A DNA stretch of 64,000 nt from the NCBI GenBank assembly GCA_965207735.1, contig OZ242296.1, positions 4,192,001 to 4,256,000 on the forward strand, read 5' to 3'. The translations under genes and the position numbers were made by a program. The notes under the pieces were generated by a model. That model saw only the letters and a program-made list of their open reading frames with translations, was not told where the DNA came from and searched no databases. The first letter of the stretch is position 1. The number at the start of each line of letters is the position of its first letter. This document shows positions 49,463-59,373 of the stretch, piece by piece. Origin of the DNA: Candidatus Versatilivorator sp. Its GTDB lineage: Bacteria; Acidobacteriota; Terriglobia; Versatilivoradales; Versatilivoraceae.

Positions 49463-52400
49463 GTGAATGTCCATATGAATTCGGAAAACAATGCACGAAA
49501 GGTTGCGGCCGTTCTGGCGCACCCTTCGATTTTGCGTGGGGCTTGGTTGCGCGTGGACGCTTGGTACAAACACGGGGAACTCGCGCCGCAGCCGGAACTT
49601 GCGCGATGGCGTCTGCACCCCGAGGCCATGCTTCGGGATCTGGCACAGCGGTTGCGCGAAGATGACTGGAAACCGGAGCTATGGCGGCAGGTGCCCTATC
49701 CCAAGAAGGGCCGGTGTTTGAGGCACTACACGATGCCGACGGTTCGGGACCAAGTGGCGTTCATGGCTCACATGGTCGCGTTGGGACCGATCCTCGATCA
49801 ACAGTTCGCGAATTTCGCGTTTGGGAACCGGTGGTACCGTCCGATCGCGTGGGACCGAAGGCAGCATCCCCCAAGGTGGGTGCATCGCCCATATCCAGTG
49901 CTCACGGACAGGAGCTATCTATCTTACGCACGATCTCACGGGTTGTTTCGGCGCGTGGCGCATTGGACAGTGGCTCGGATGACGCAGGCAACTCTCCCCG
50001 CGGAAGACAGCTCGGGCCGGATGCTGCGTCCCGAGGACTACCAGGATGGGACGCTCCCGGAGTGGACGAAACCGGAGTGGTGGACGGGAGCAGTTAACTC
50101 GGCGCGCGCTTTCTGGGCTTACTTGGACATTGAACTCGCGTATCCATCTGTTCGCATCGAGCGGTTAGCCTTGGCGATGGAACGCGCACTCCTGCAGCCG
50201 GTCCAACTCGTCCAACTCGAACAACTATACGACGGCTGCCCGGAACCCGTATTGAAAGCACTTGCCATCACAGACGTACGAGTGGAGGTCGGGCGCCGAC
50301 TGACCACAACGTTGGGCGAGATCACTTTGGACGCTGGCGGAATTCCGCCAGATGCGTGGAGCCCTCCTCAGGGACACGATTTCCCTAGTGTGACAACAGA
50401 ACGTTTCAACGGGATACCTACTGGACTCATCATTTCTGGAATGTTGCTCAACGTGGCGCTGATGGAGGCGGATCGAGTGATCCGCCGATATCTCGAACAG
50501 ACCTCGGGGAAACGACGCGGAGCGATCGTCAGGTTCGCGGACGATATGTACATTCTGTCCCGATCGTCTGAGGGCCTCTTATCCTTGGTTGAAGCCGTTC
50601 ACGGAGCACTGTCGGGGACCGAGGAGTCTTCCCTTGCAGTACCTAACGAGGTTTCCAACATCTGCATCAATTTGAGAAAGATAAAGCCGGATGCGGTCCG
50701 GGGAATCATCTACAAGTACCTCCTTGATCAGGGTTGGACCGAGTGTGGAAGCAACAAGTGTAAACAGCCGTTGCCCCCGTCCACAAAGGAGTCAAAGAGT
50801 AACCAGGCATCGAGCGTACGGATATCGGACTTGGGAACGGCGCTCTTGCCCGGCGGCCGGTTTGCGTCCGAACAGGAAGCCTTGGAGCGCGCAGCTGTCG
50901 AAAAAGGAGATGTCGGTCCGTTCGTCACGCGGCTAGTCGAACGGCTGAGCGACATGGGGACGGACACGCTTCGACAGCGATTCGGTGAGGGCGCTCGGGA
51001 TCATCTAGCACGTTTACACGAACTGGCACGCTTCGACATAGAGGACGAGCAGGTACCGCCTGAGACGCGTCGCACCTTCGCGGTCAACCGCCTTGTTCGT
51101 GCATGGTTGCCAAGGTCCTCAGAGCTGGGCGAAGAGGATAGAGAGTTGCGCCAGATCCGCGAGACCATCGGTTTCGTGCTGGACCGCACGCCATGGAAGT
51201 TCGCGATCTGGCGGGCGTTGGTTCGCGGCGCGGCGCGACGCCCGCTTTTTGAGGCGAAGGACAACGGGATAGCGGCTCAAGAGGCGGCAGCGTGGTTGTG
51301 CGACCGCATCCGTCGAATCGCGTGTGCAACGGACTCCATAAACTCGACGACTTGGCTATCCGCTTGGCCGGAGATCGATCGTGACGACGGCCACACCGCT
51401 GAACGGACAGACGAATGGCAGCACCTCTATCTGTCGTTCCTACGAGCTGTCTTTTGGCGCTCACTCGCGGAAACCGTGCGTGAACTCGGGCGTTATGCCA
51501 AGCCGGTGGAGGACGATGAATCAACTGAGCGGGTGCCATCGCCGTTTCTCTGGACGGCAAGAGCGGTTGGAGACGGACGCTACGGACAAGCGGTGGATGA
51601 CTTGGGCCGCATCGACGAATGGGTCGAGATACTGTACCCAGCAGCGAATGACGTGAAAATCGACACGTGGCCGTGGGAACTGGACGAGTTCGTCGGAGCA
51701 GTTTTGGCCGTGCACACGACCACAGAACTCGCGCAGGCATGGCGAAGCACTAAGGGTCCGGGATCCGTGTTGCGCGTGCCTGAGTCCCCTCGATTGGAAG
51801 GAATGCCGAAAGCGACCCGGCTGTTGTCTCGGACGGGAAGGCTCCAGCAGAAGGGATCGAGGCGTAATCGGAAACTCGACCTCTGGGCGCTGGCGAACGT
51901 GCAGTTGGGTCGTTGGGATCAAGGGTTAGGAAGTGTTCTCTTCCCGCCGTCCGGAAAGCCGCGCATACGGCAAGCGGAGCGCAATGCACAGGAGGCTGTG
52001 GCCGCAGGATTCTCCCTAGGGTGTTTTAAATGGATCGGTCTAAGGCTTGCGAACCGAGCGGCTCCCAAGATGGACGAGGGTGCAGGCGCTTTTGATCGGA
52101 ATGCGTTTGTGCTCCATGACTATGATCGAGCACGGCGCGTAATCGTCGGCCAAACGACTGAGGCAGCGTCGCGCCCAACGGTCCACCGGCTCCTTTGGGG
52201 GAGGCCGACTGCAGCCAGGCTGAATGGATGGCAAATGGCCCAGTGGGAGATTCCAGCGGTGGGATTACCCCTTCGCGTTGCTGCGGCACTGTTCAGTGTC
52301 GTCCGTGAGACAGCAACTACTGTGGGATGGGAATGCAGTTTGGGACCGCTGACGTGGCTGATCGACGATGACGCGGGAGTCTTGGTCGCGGGTCGCTGCG

Positions 52401-53923
52401 AGCAGTTGGAAGGACTCGAAAAATCCAACGACTTGGCCAACCACCCACAAATCAAACCGGAAACGGATGAGGAACTGATATCAGTACGAAGGTCGACGGC
52501 GTGGGAGGTTCTGCCGCACGCGGCGTTTTATCTGCCGTTTGAGTCGGCTGCTGCGGGTAGAGTGCACGTGGAGAGCTACGTCCTGTACTGCGATGTGCTG
52601 CTTCTGTTGACTTTGCTTGACGGTGCCGAGCGGATTCTCGATATCTTGGCTAGATGGGGAATTAGGGGAACGCCGTTCGTGGACCGATGGGGCTGGCGGT
52701 CGCGGATTCACCTGCCGCTCCAGGCATGGAAGTCCATTGAGTCGATCCTCCGCTGGAGCGCGTCGCCGGGGTCCAATATTACGTCATCCGGGAGGCAACT
52801 CGTCGATTCGCTGGCCCAGTACTCCCGCAAATATGTCTCCTGGGAGGATTTCCGTCCTGAGAGGATTGACATCGGTCTTTCTCCTCGACGGGATCTCGAC
52901 ATCGTTAGGACGGTCCGTCCGGCGGGCGAATTAATCGGCCCAGAGCTACCTCCCGAATTGCACATCGACGAGACTCAGATTATGGATGTGCTTGTCGCAC
53001 GTGTGGGGCAGGTGGCCGCATGGCCGAACAACGCGCACGTAGTTAGACGATTCCCGAGGATCCCGTCTACCATGGCGAACTTAATGATCGAACAGGTTGC
53101 CAATGTGTTCCTTGCGCCCGCGCAAGCCGTCGACGAAGCGGCTCCGCAATTGGTAGTCCTTCCGGAATTGTCAATTCCGCAGCAAGAAGTCGGGAGTCTA
53201 AGGGACTTGGTGAGAGCCGAGGGTAAAGGAGCAGTAGCGGGACTCTATTGGCGCGCGCTGAAACCTGCATTTCGGCCCTCAAGGCCTTCGACACCAACAC
53301 AGGCTTGGTTGGTAAACGAAGCCGAAGTTGTAGTACCCGTCGGCCGTGACAATGGACCGCCGACAGTCAGGTGGTTTCGTGTCCGAAAGCCGGTGTCTGC
53401 GCACACCGAAGACGGTCTAGCGAGGGCGCTATCGAAAGTGTCGGGGACAAGGTGGCGAATGCTGCGGGGTAACCAGTGGTTTCGATTTGTGCATCCGAAT
53501 TGGGGGGACTTTACAGTGGCGATCTGTGCGGACCTGATCGAATCGGCGCCCTGGAGGGCGTTTCGGGGTGAACTCTTACACCTTCTAATGGTGGCATTTA
53601 ACAAGGATGTCGACCTGTTTGACTCGCTGACATGGGTGCGTGCGTACGAAAACTACGTCAACGTCGTGTCTGTGAATCACGGTCGATTCGGCGGGTCGTT
53701 CCTGTGGACTCCACGCAGGACCCATGAGCGTGAGTTAGCGAGACTTCGCGGCGGCCACCTGGTGTTGACAGCCGACGTTCAGTTGCCGGTCAAGGAACTG
53801 CTGGGAGCACAGAAAGCGGGTACAGCGCAGGCGATCGAGGAATCCGCCAAGAAGTGGCGTAACGAAGCCTCAGTGGAGACGAAGTTCAAGACTCCGCCTC
53901 CTGGATTCCGTAGAATTTTGTAA
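49463..53923 (+). CDS. Reverse transcriptase-nitrilase fusion (UG/Abi-type, DRT1/UG1-like), 1486 aa
   Basis: RT motifs PYPKK..R, RDQV, FGNRWYR, LDIELAYPSV, GIPTGLIISGMLLN and VRFADD (50534-50545); C-terminal C-N hydrolase triad LPELS (E 53165), VRKP (K 53387), AICAD (C 53525), plus AFNKDV. Confidence 0.9.
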   Translation: MNVHMNSENNARKVAAVLAHPSILRGAWLRVDAWYKHGELAPQPELARWRLHPEAMLRDLAQRLREDDWKPELWRQVPYPKKGRCLRHYTMPTVRDQVAFMAHMVALGPILDQQFANFAFGNRWYRPIAWDRRQHPPRWVHRPYPVLTDRSYLSYARSHGLFRRVAHWTVARMTQATLPAEDSSGRMLRPEDYQDGTLPEWTKPEWWTGAVNSARAFWAYLDIELAYPSVRIERLALAMERALLQPVQLVQLEQLYDGCPEPVLKALAITDVRVEVGRRLTTTLGEITLDAGGIPPDAWSPPQGHDFPSVTTERFNGIPTGLIISGMLLNVALMEADRVIRRYLEQTSGKRRGAIVRFADDMYILSRSSEGLLSLVEAVHGALSGTEESSLAVPNEVSNICINLRKIKPDAVRGIIYKYLLDQGWTECGSNKCKQPLPPSTKESKSNQASSVRISDLGTALLPGGRFASEQEALERAAVEKGDVGPFVTRLVERLSDMGTDTLRQRFGEGARDHLARLHELARFDIEDEQVPPETRRTFAVNRLVRAWLPRSSELGEEDRELRQIRETIGFVLDRTPWKFAIWRALVRGAARRPLFEAKDNGIAAQEAAAWLCDRIRRIACATDSINSTTWLSAWPEIDRDDGHTAERTDEWQHLYLSFLRAVFWRSLAETVRELGRYAKPVEDDESTERVPSPFLWTARAVGDGRYGQAVDDLGRIDEWVEILYPAANDVKIDTWPWELDEFVGAVLAVHTTTELAQAWRSTKGPGSVLRVPESPRLEGMPKATRLLSRTGRLQQKGSRRNRKLDLWALANVQLGRWDQGLGSVLFPPSGKPRIRQAERNAQEAVAAGFSLGCFKWIGLRLANRAAPKMDEGAGAFDRNAFVLHDYDRARRVIVGQTTEAASRPTVHRLLWGRPTAARLNGWQMAQWEIPAVGLPLRVAAALFSVVRETATTVGWECSLGPLTWLIDDDAGVLVAGRCEQLEGLEKSNDLANHPQIKPETDEELISVRRSTAWEVLPHAAFYLPFESAAAGRVHVESYVLYCDVLLLLTLLDGAERILDILARWGIRGTPFVDRWGWRSRIHLPLQAWKSIESILRWSASPGSNITSSGRQLVDSLAQYSRKYVSWEDFRPERIDIGLSPRRDLDIVRTVRPAGELIGPELPPELHIDETQIMDVLVARVGQVAAWPNNAHVVRRFPRIPSTMANLMIEQVANVFLAPAQAVDEAAPQLVVLPELSIPQQEVGSLRDLVRAEGKGAVAGLYWRALKPAFRPSRPSTPTQAWLVNEAEVVVPVGRDNGPPTVRWFRVRKPVSAHTEDGLARALSKVSGTRWRMLRGNQWFRFVHPNWGDFTVAICADLIESAPWRAFRGELLHLLMVAFNKDVDLFDSLTWVRAYENYVNVVSVNHGRFGGSFLWTPRRTHERELARLRGGHLVLTADVQLPVKELLGAQKAGTAQAIEESAKKWRNEASVETKFKTPPPGFRRIL

Positions 53924-54075
53924 TCCGCTTAAGGTTAACGTGATGCGTCAACGGTGTGTACGAACACAATCAACTTAAGGGGATGCGGGCTGAGTCATAC
54001 GACGTGGGCGTAGGGTCGGTGCCGACTTTCGGCACCGAAAGAGCACCTCCCGTGGAACGCACTGCGGAGGTTCTC
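53923..54075 (+). ncRNA. Candidate structured RNA directly downstream of the RT gene
   Basis: Four tandem stems: 53923-53933/53974-53984 (two internal hairpins), 53998-54012, perfect 10-bp 54016-54038, and 54041-54075; no U-tract. Confidence 0.5.
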
Positions 54076-54171
54076 GATGTAAGTTGTTCCATACAAGCTC
54101 GTTAGATTGGCATTGTCACACCCCAGACTGAGGCAGAATCTGAGATAATAGCACCTGAGTAGAGGCAGGAC

Positions 54172-57100
54172 GTGACAGATCCAGTTTCCGATATAGACGA
54201 GACGCTTGCAACCTTGCGGATCAACAGGGACGCGCGGCGATCTGACGGGACGGCGTTCGAGGACGCGGTGCTTCGGCATGCCGAACACATTCCCGGCTGG
54301 GAAATCGCTCGGTGTTGGAGATACCCGGAGTGGCCGCATCGAATGTCGGTCGGTGTGCCGCTGCCGTCTCACGACGCCGGCATCGACCTTGTTGCCGTAA
54401 AGCATGATGGTTCGCGCGTCGCCATCCAGTGCAAGGCCCGTAGCGGTGGCGGGTCGGTAACGATAACGGAGGTGCAGAAGTTCGCGGGGGCTGCGCCGCC
54501 ATCGGTATTCGCGGAGCGCTGGTTCGTGGCGGAAGCCGGTCGGAGCGAGGCGACGGAGAAAGCGGCTGCAGTGGCACAGGTGACTTTCGTCGATTTCGAG
54601 ACGGCGCTGGCCGAAGCACTGGAGGATGCGCGGGAACGGGAGCGGGCAGCGACGGAACCTGATCCTCGAACGGCAATGCAGCAAGAGGCGGTGGCCGAAT
54701 GCGTGCAGGCGCTTCGCGCCGGTTTGCCGGAACACAAGGATCTCTGGGTCGGCAGCAATCCGAAAGAATGGATGCCTTCTGACGCGACGCGGGCGACGTT
54801 GGTGCTGCCGTGCGGCACCGGAAAGACCCGCGTATCGATGCGGATAATGTCAGAGTTGGCGGAGGCAGGTGACCTCGGCGTCGTGCTCGTGCCGAGCATC
54901 GCGCTTATAGCACAGGTGCGGCACGAGTACCTGTCGCACATCGGGTGTCCGGTGCGGACGCTGGCCGTGTGCAGCGACGCGACGGCGGGTCATGTCGATG
55001 TCGAGCGGGATCCGGATCTCGTGGTGGACCCCACTCGGGACACGGGACAGGTCCGCGCGGCCGATGTCGGTTGCCGGGTAGCGCAGAGCACCGCCGCGGT
55101 CGCGGATTGGCTTCGCACTGGCAGGGACTCGACCGACCTGCGTATCATCTTCTCGACGTACCAGTCAGCGCACCACGCGGCGGAGGCGCTACTGGCGGAG
55201 CGCCGGTTCGCGCAGGTCCTGATTCTGGACGAAGCTCACCGGACGGCCCAATTGCGGCCAGCTAAGAGCCAGCGACAGGCTGAGCGACTGCGAAGGTTCA
55301 CGCTGTGTCACGACCAGGATGCGTTCCCGGCCCGGTACCGTCTGTACCAGACGGCGACGCCCCGCGTCTACGATGCGAGCAATGCGAAGGTGGCCCGTAT
55401 CGACCGCACGAAGTGGATCGTGGCGAGCATGTCGGACGAGTCGATCTTCGGTCCGGTAGCCTACCGGCTTCCGTACCAGGAAGCGGTCAAGAAGGGCTTT
55501 CTGTCGGACTACCGGATCATCGCGATCGGAGTCGATGGGCGGGCATGGGCCGCGGCCAATCGGATTGTCCAGTTGTTCGAGCAGTCGAACGAGACGCGCG
55601 GGCTGACGACCCGAGAAGCGCTCTCCTGGCTGGTCTACGGTGTGACCCTGGCCGGGGGCGCGGTCGGAGACGATGGCAGCGTGCGCGTGAGCCGGTCGCT
55701 GGCGTTCCTGAACAAGGTCCAGCGTTCCAACCAGATGGTGAGGTGGCTCAACAGCGACGAGGGACGCGCAGAGATCGAGCGGTACTTTACCGAGGGCGGG
55801 GTTGAAGGGATCGGTCGGCAGTATGCCGTGGAGCATCTCGACGCCGGGCACCCCGTTCGCGAACGGCGGCGGGCGCTGCGCGATCTCGCGGCGGCGCATA
55901 CCGAGAAGCCACGCGGGATCGCGAACGTTGGTATCTTCGGCGAAGGAACCAATAGTCCGAGTCTCGATGCGGTGGCTCTGCTGGCTCCGCGCCGCAGCCC
56001 GACCGACGTGATCCAGATCGTCGGCCGGTGCATGCGCCGGGCGCCGGGAAAGCAATTCGGGTACGTAATCGTACCCGTTCCGTTGCCGCGGGGTATCGAC
56101 GCAGAGACGAGTCTATCGATGGATACGCTCGGCGACGAGTGGAAGGCGCTCGGTGAGGTTCTGCGGGCGCTACGAGCACACGATGGACGCATTGAGGACG
56201 AGATTTCAAGCCTGCTGCAGATCTACGTCCCGCCGGAGGCTGAGGAACCGGTTCGGCAGCCTGTGATCGTCAGGGACGGCGCTGTGACTCGCATGGGCGT
56301 TTGGAGTGGACCTCGGGGCCACGCCGAAGACGCCGTGGCGCGAGCGGAAGTGCCAGCGTGGCGTGAGCCTGCGGCGGGCGGGGCTCCTGTCACCGAGTAC
56401 TTGACGGAGGACAAGGGCTTCGCGTGGCAGGAGGCTCCGGCCACAGGCAGTGAGTCTGGGCGTTTCACCGACGGCCAGGCTGCCGACGATGAGAGGATGT
56501 TGGATGAGTCGCCGGTCGTGTTGGTCATCCAGCGCGGACGAGGCGGCGTCCATTGCACTGTGCAGGCTGCGGCGCGGTCCATGGAGCGGCATGGCGGCGT
56601 CGATGTGGCGAAAACCGTAGAGCGGGCGCGTGAGGCTGCCGAGTCACTCAACCCGCTGCCGAGGCGTCCCAGGCGGCGCGTCTCCCCGCGCGGTGGGTCC
56701 AAGAACGGCCGGTCGGCTGGGTTGTCGCCGACGCAGCGACTTCTAAAGCAGATCCGGCAGGATGGCGTAGGCCGGGATTTGCGTGTCGAAGTGATGGAGA
56801 AGTCCGGGCTACGCGGAAACGAGGTGCGCGACTTCAACCTGCTGATGGAGCCCGTCCAGCGCTCATCGGGGTATTTAAGTCGCGAGGGACTGGAGGGGCG
56901 ACTGCGTGCGGTGCTCGGCATGGAGCACTTGCAGTCCACCGACGCCTTTGCCGATGCGTGCACGGTCAGCGTGTTGTTACTGATGAACGCGGCACTGTTG
57001 CACGCACGGCTGGAGGACACGAAGGGTCAGGCGGCGGATCTGGCTCGTGTCGGGCGCCTTCACGACGTGGCCATCGGGAGCGAACCGGTCAAGGTACTGC

Positions 57101-59148
57101 GCGAGGCATGGACGGCCGTGCTGCGGTATGACTATGAGCCGGTGTTGCGGCCGGCACTCGATGTTCTTGAGGCGCTGGCTGCAGCGGACGCGCACGGCGG
57201 CGTCAACCAGGCGCTGCGAGCGGTCGCCGCCTGGGCCGAGGAGAACGCTGAGATCTACGTGTCAATGGGAATGGAGTATGCAGGTGAACTGTTCAGTCGC
57301 GTTCTGGGTAACCAGGCGTCCGACGGCGCGTTTTTCACACGTCAACCGGCCGCAAGGCTGCTCGCTGAATTGGCGCTTGACGGTACAGGCGAATCTGAAT
57401 GGACCGAGCGGCGGACATGGCAGCGACTCCGAATGGCGGATCTTGCGTGCGGTAGCGGAACTCTACTCAATGCGTATGTGGAGGCAGTCAAGGATCGGAT
57501 ACGCGAGGCCGGAGGCGACGAGCGAAGCGCCACGGAGTTCCACAAGTACGCTGTAGAGAGGCTCGTGACCGGTCTGGACATCAATCCTGTGTCCTTGCAA
57601 ATGGCGGCCGGCCGACTGACGCTAGGGAACCTCCAGGTCGATTACCGGAAGATGGGTCTCCGAGTTCTGCCGTATGGTCCCTTCGATGGCGACGCGGTAC
57701 GGCTCGGGTCGTTGGAGTTGTTAACCGACGAAGATGTGGTAGGGCCGGCACCGGCGACTACGGGCTCTGCGGAAAGGAAGGGACAGAGCGCGCTGTTCGA
57801 GTGGTCTACTGTGGACCCGGAGGTCGTGCAGGATGTTGAGGAGCGGCGGATCGTAATGATGAATCCGCCGTTCACTGCAAACGACAAAAAGGGCCGGAAG
57901 TTCACGCCGGAAGTCGTAAAGGCGCTTCAAAGGCGGGAGTTGCAGATCCGCGATCGGCTAGCGGTTAGCGATTTCGACGCGGCAAGCGTCATCGACGCGA
58001 ACAGCATAAGAACGATGTTCACGCCGCTCGCGGAAAAAGTCCTGTCCGAAAGTGACGGCGTTCTCGCCAAGATCATGCCGGTGACGGCCTGCACGGGAGC
58101 CTCCGGACTCGAAGAACGGCAGTTTCTCGCTTCTCGGTTCCACATCCACATGATCGTGTGCTGCCATGAGCCGCAGGAGCCGAATTTGTCTACTCACACG
58201 TCGATCAACGAGTGCCTGTTAATCGCGACGCGGCACGGGGCCGATTCCAGGCCAACCACCATGTTTGTCAACCTACGCCGCTTCCCGAAATCAGTGGAAG
58301 CTGTCCAGCACGTCGTAGCCGCGATCCGAGACCGGCGTGTCGACGAGGTGGGCACGCTATGCAAGTGGCCGGCCGATCGCGTGCGCGCCGGCGACTGGTC
58401 TCCTGTCCAGTGGTTCGATCCGAGGTTAGCCGAAGCGGCAACGGGACTTCGAGCTGCATCCGGTCTGTGCCGGCTGGATGTACTGTACAAGATGGGACCG
58501 GCCGGCCGACGTATCCGTGATGCGTTCGAGCGCGTGACGGACGGATCTTCGACGGCAAGCGATGTGGCTGTATTCGATTCGATCTCAAGCGACCTTCGCG
58601 TCTCGTTGGCCGGCGAGCCGGATGCTATGTGGCGGCCGAGACCCAGAAAGGAGCGCATGGTACGTTCATATCTTGCGCAGACGGGCTGGATGCTGCTGAT
58701 GAACCGTGCCGACACCCATGCGGCCTCGGTCGTGGGTGTGTGCGCTTTGGCGAAAGGCTTTGGGTCCGGCCTAATGCCAGTGGTGACGGAGACGCGCGAG
58801 CAGGCCAAGGCCCTAAGCGTTGTGTGGAACGGTACTCCCGTTCTCCTGCAATTGCTGAACATGCGCACCAAGAAGTTGACGTACCTGAACTGGTCGGTCG
58901 CGCAACTTGGATCGGTACGTGTCCCGGTAACGCTAGATGACGTGGGAGAGCAGGCTGCGCTGGTAGGTGTCTATGACCGTCTGTGTCGGGAGCAGCTGCA
59001 ACCCTGGACACACGCGGATATAGATCCCGTCCGGCGTGAGATCGACGCCGCCGTTGCCCAAGCATATGGGCTCTCGGAAAGTGTACTGGCGGATTGGCGC
59101 AAGTGGTTGGCGAAGGAGCCGACTATAGCCAACCGGAGTCCGGTCTAG
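54172..59148 (+). CDS. Type ISP-like restriction-modification enzyme (Mrr nuclease-SF2 helicase-N6 methyltransferase-putative TRD)
   Basis: DAGIDLVA...AIQCK; LPCGTGKT, STYQS, DEAH, TATP, QIVGRCMR; DLACGSGTLL and MNPPF. Confidence 0.85.
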   Translation: MTDPVSDIDETLATLRINRDARRSDGTAFEDAVLRHAEHIPGWEIARCWRYPEWPHRMSVGVPLPSHDAGIDLVAVKHDGSRVAIQCKARSGGGSVTITEVQKFAGAAPPSVFAERWFVAEAGRSEATEKAAAVAQVTFVDFETALAEALEDARERERAATEPDPRTAMQQEAVAECVQALRAGLPEHKDLWVGSNPKEWMPSDATRATLVLPCGTGKTRVSMRIMSELAEAGDLGVVLVPSIALIAQVRHEYLSHIGCPVRTLAVCSDATAGHVDVERDPDLVVDPTRDTGQVRAADVGCRVAQSTAAVADWLRTGRDSTDLRIIFSTYQSAHHAAEALLAERRFAQVLILDEAHRTAQLRPAKSQRQAERLRRFTLCHDQDAFPARYRLYQTATPRVYDASNAKVARIDRTKWIVASMSDESIFGPVAYRLPYQEAVKKGFLSDYRIIAIGVDGRAWAAANRIVQLFEQSNETRGLTTREALSWLVYGVTLAGGAVGDDGSVRVSRSLAFLNKVQRSNQMVRWLNSDEGRAEIERYFTEGGVEGIGRQYAVEHLDAGHPVRERRRALRDLAAAHTEKPRGIANVGIFGEGTNSPSLDAVALLAPRRSPTDVIQIVGRCMRRAPGKQFGYVIVPVPLPRGIDAETSLSMDTLGDEWKALGEVLRALRAHDGRIEDEISSLLQIYVPPEAEEPVRQPVIVRDGAVTRMGVWSGPRGHAEDAVARAEVPAWREPAAGGAPVTEYLTEDKGFAWQEAPATGSESGRFTDGQAADDERMLDESPVVLVIQRGRGGVHCTVQAAARSMERHGGVDVAKTVERAREAAESLNPLPRRPRRRVSPRGGSKNGRSAGLSPTQRLLKQIRQDGVGRDLRVEVMEKSGLRGNEVRDFNLLMEPVQRSSGYLSREGLEGRLRAVLGMEHLQSTDAFADACTVSVLLLMNAALLHARLEDTKGQAADLARVGRLHDVAIGSEPVKVLREAWTAVLRYDYEPVLRPALDVLEALAAADAHGGVNQALRAVAAWAEENAEIYVSMGMEYAGELFSRVLGNQASDGAFFTRQPAARLLAELALDGTGESEWTERRTWQRLRMADLACGSGTLLNAYVEAVKDRIREAGGDERSATEFHKYAVERLVTGLDINPVSLQMAAGRLTLGNLQVDYRKMGLRVLPYGPFDGDAVRLGSLELLTDEDVVGPAPATTGSAERKGQSALFEWSTVDPEVVQDVEERRIVMMNPPFTANDKKGRKFTPEVVKALQRRELQIRDRLAVSDFDAASVIDANSIRTMFTPLAEKVLSESDGVLAKIMPVTACTGASGLEERQFLASRFHIHMIVCCHEPQEPNLSTHTSINECLLIATRHGADSRPTTMFVNLRRFPKSVEAVQHVVAAIRDRRVDEVGTLCKWPADRVRAGDWSPVQWFDPRLAEAATGLRAASGLCRLDVLYKMGPAGRRIRDAFERVTDGSSTASDVAVFDSISSDLRVSLAGEPDAMWRPRPRKERMVRSYLAQTGWMLLMNRADTHAASVVGVCALAKGFGSGLMPVVTETREQAKALSVVWNGTPVLLQLLNMRTKKLTYLNWSVAQLGSVRVPVTLDDVGEQAALVGVYDRLCREQLQPWTHADIDPVRREIDAAVAQAYGLSESVLADWRKWLAKEPTIANRSPV

Positions 59149-59373
59149 TTCGAGTTTACTTGACGATCGGCTCAAAGCCATACGGATGATGAAATTTCAT
59201 GGCCAAGACTGCCTGCCGTGCTTTCCCTCCACAGGCCCCGCTCACCTCTTCCAGTCACCCTTGCAGTTCCACCTCGTCGACGGTTAAGTGTTCCACATGG
59301 CGGCCTCGACGCCGTCGTGGAAAAGTTCGACCAAGCGGACGAGGACAGGCCGCCCTCGGCCGGAGCGGGATGG

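Noticed and set aside
49463-53923. RT as a group II intron, retron, DGR or CRISPR-associated RT
   Set aside because: No maturase/HNH domain or domain V-like RNA, no VTG retron motif recognised, no TR/VR pair, no cas1; the nitrilase fusion points to the UG/Abi class.
54016-54038. Perfect hairpin as a plain Rho-independent terminator
   Set aside because: Followed by AAGAG on +; only a weak T-run precedes it on -; it is embedded among other stems. Not fully excluded.
53995-54735. ORFs 53995-54735 and 54102-54290 as a drt1b-like partner
   Set aside because: Opposite strand, overlapping the RM gene, and no transmembrane segment.
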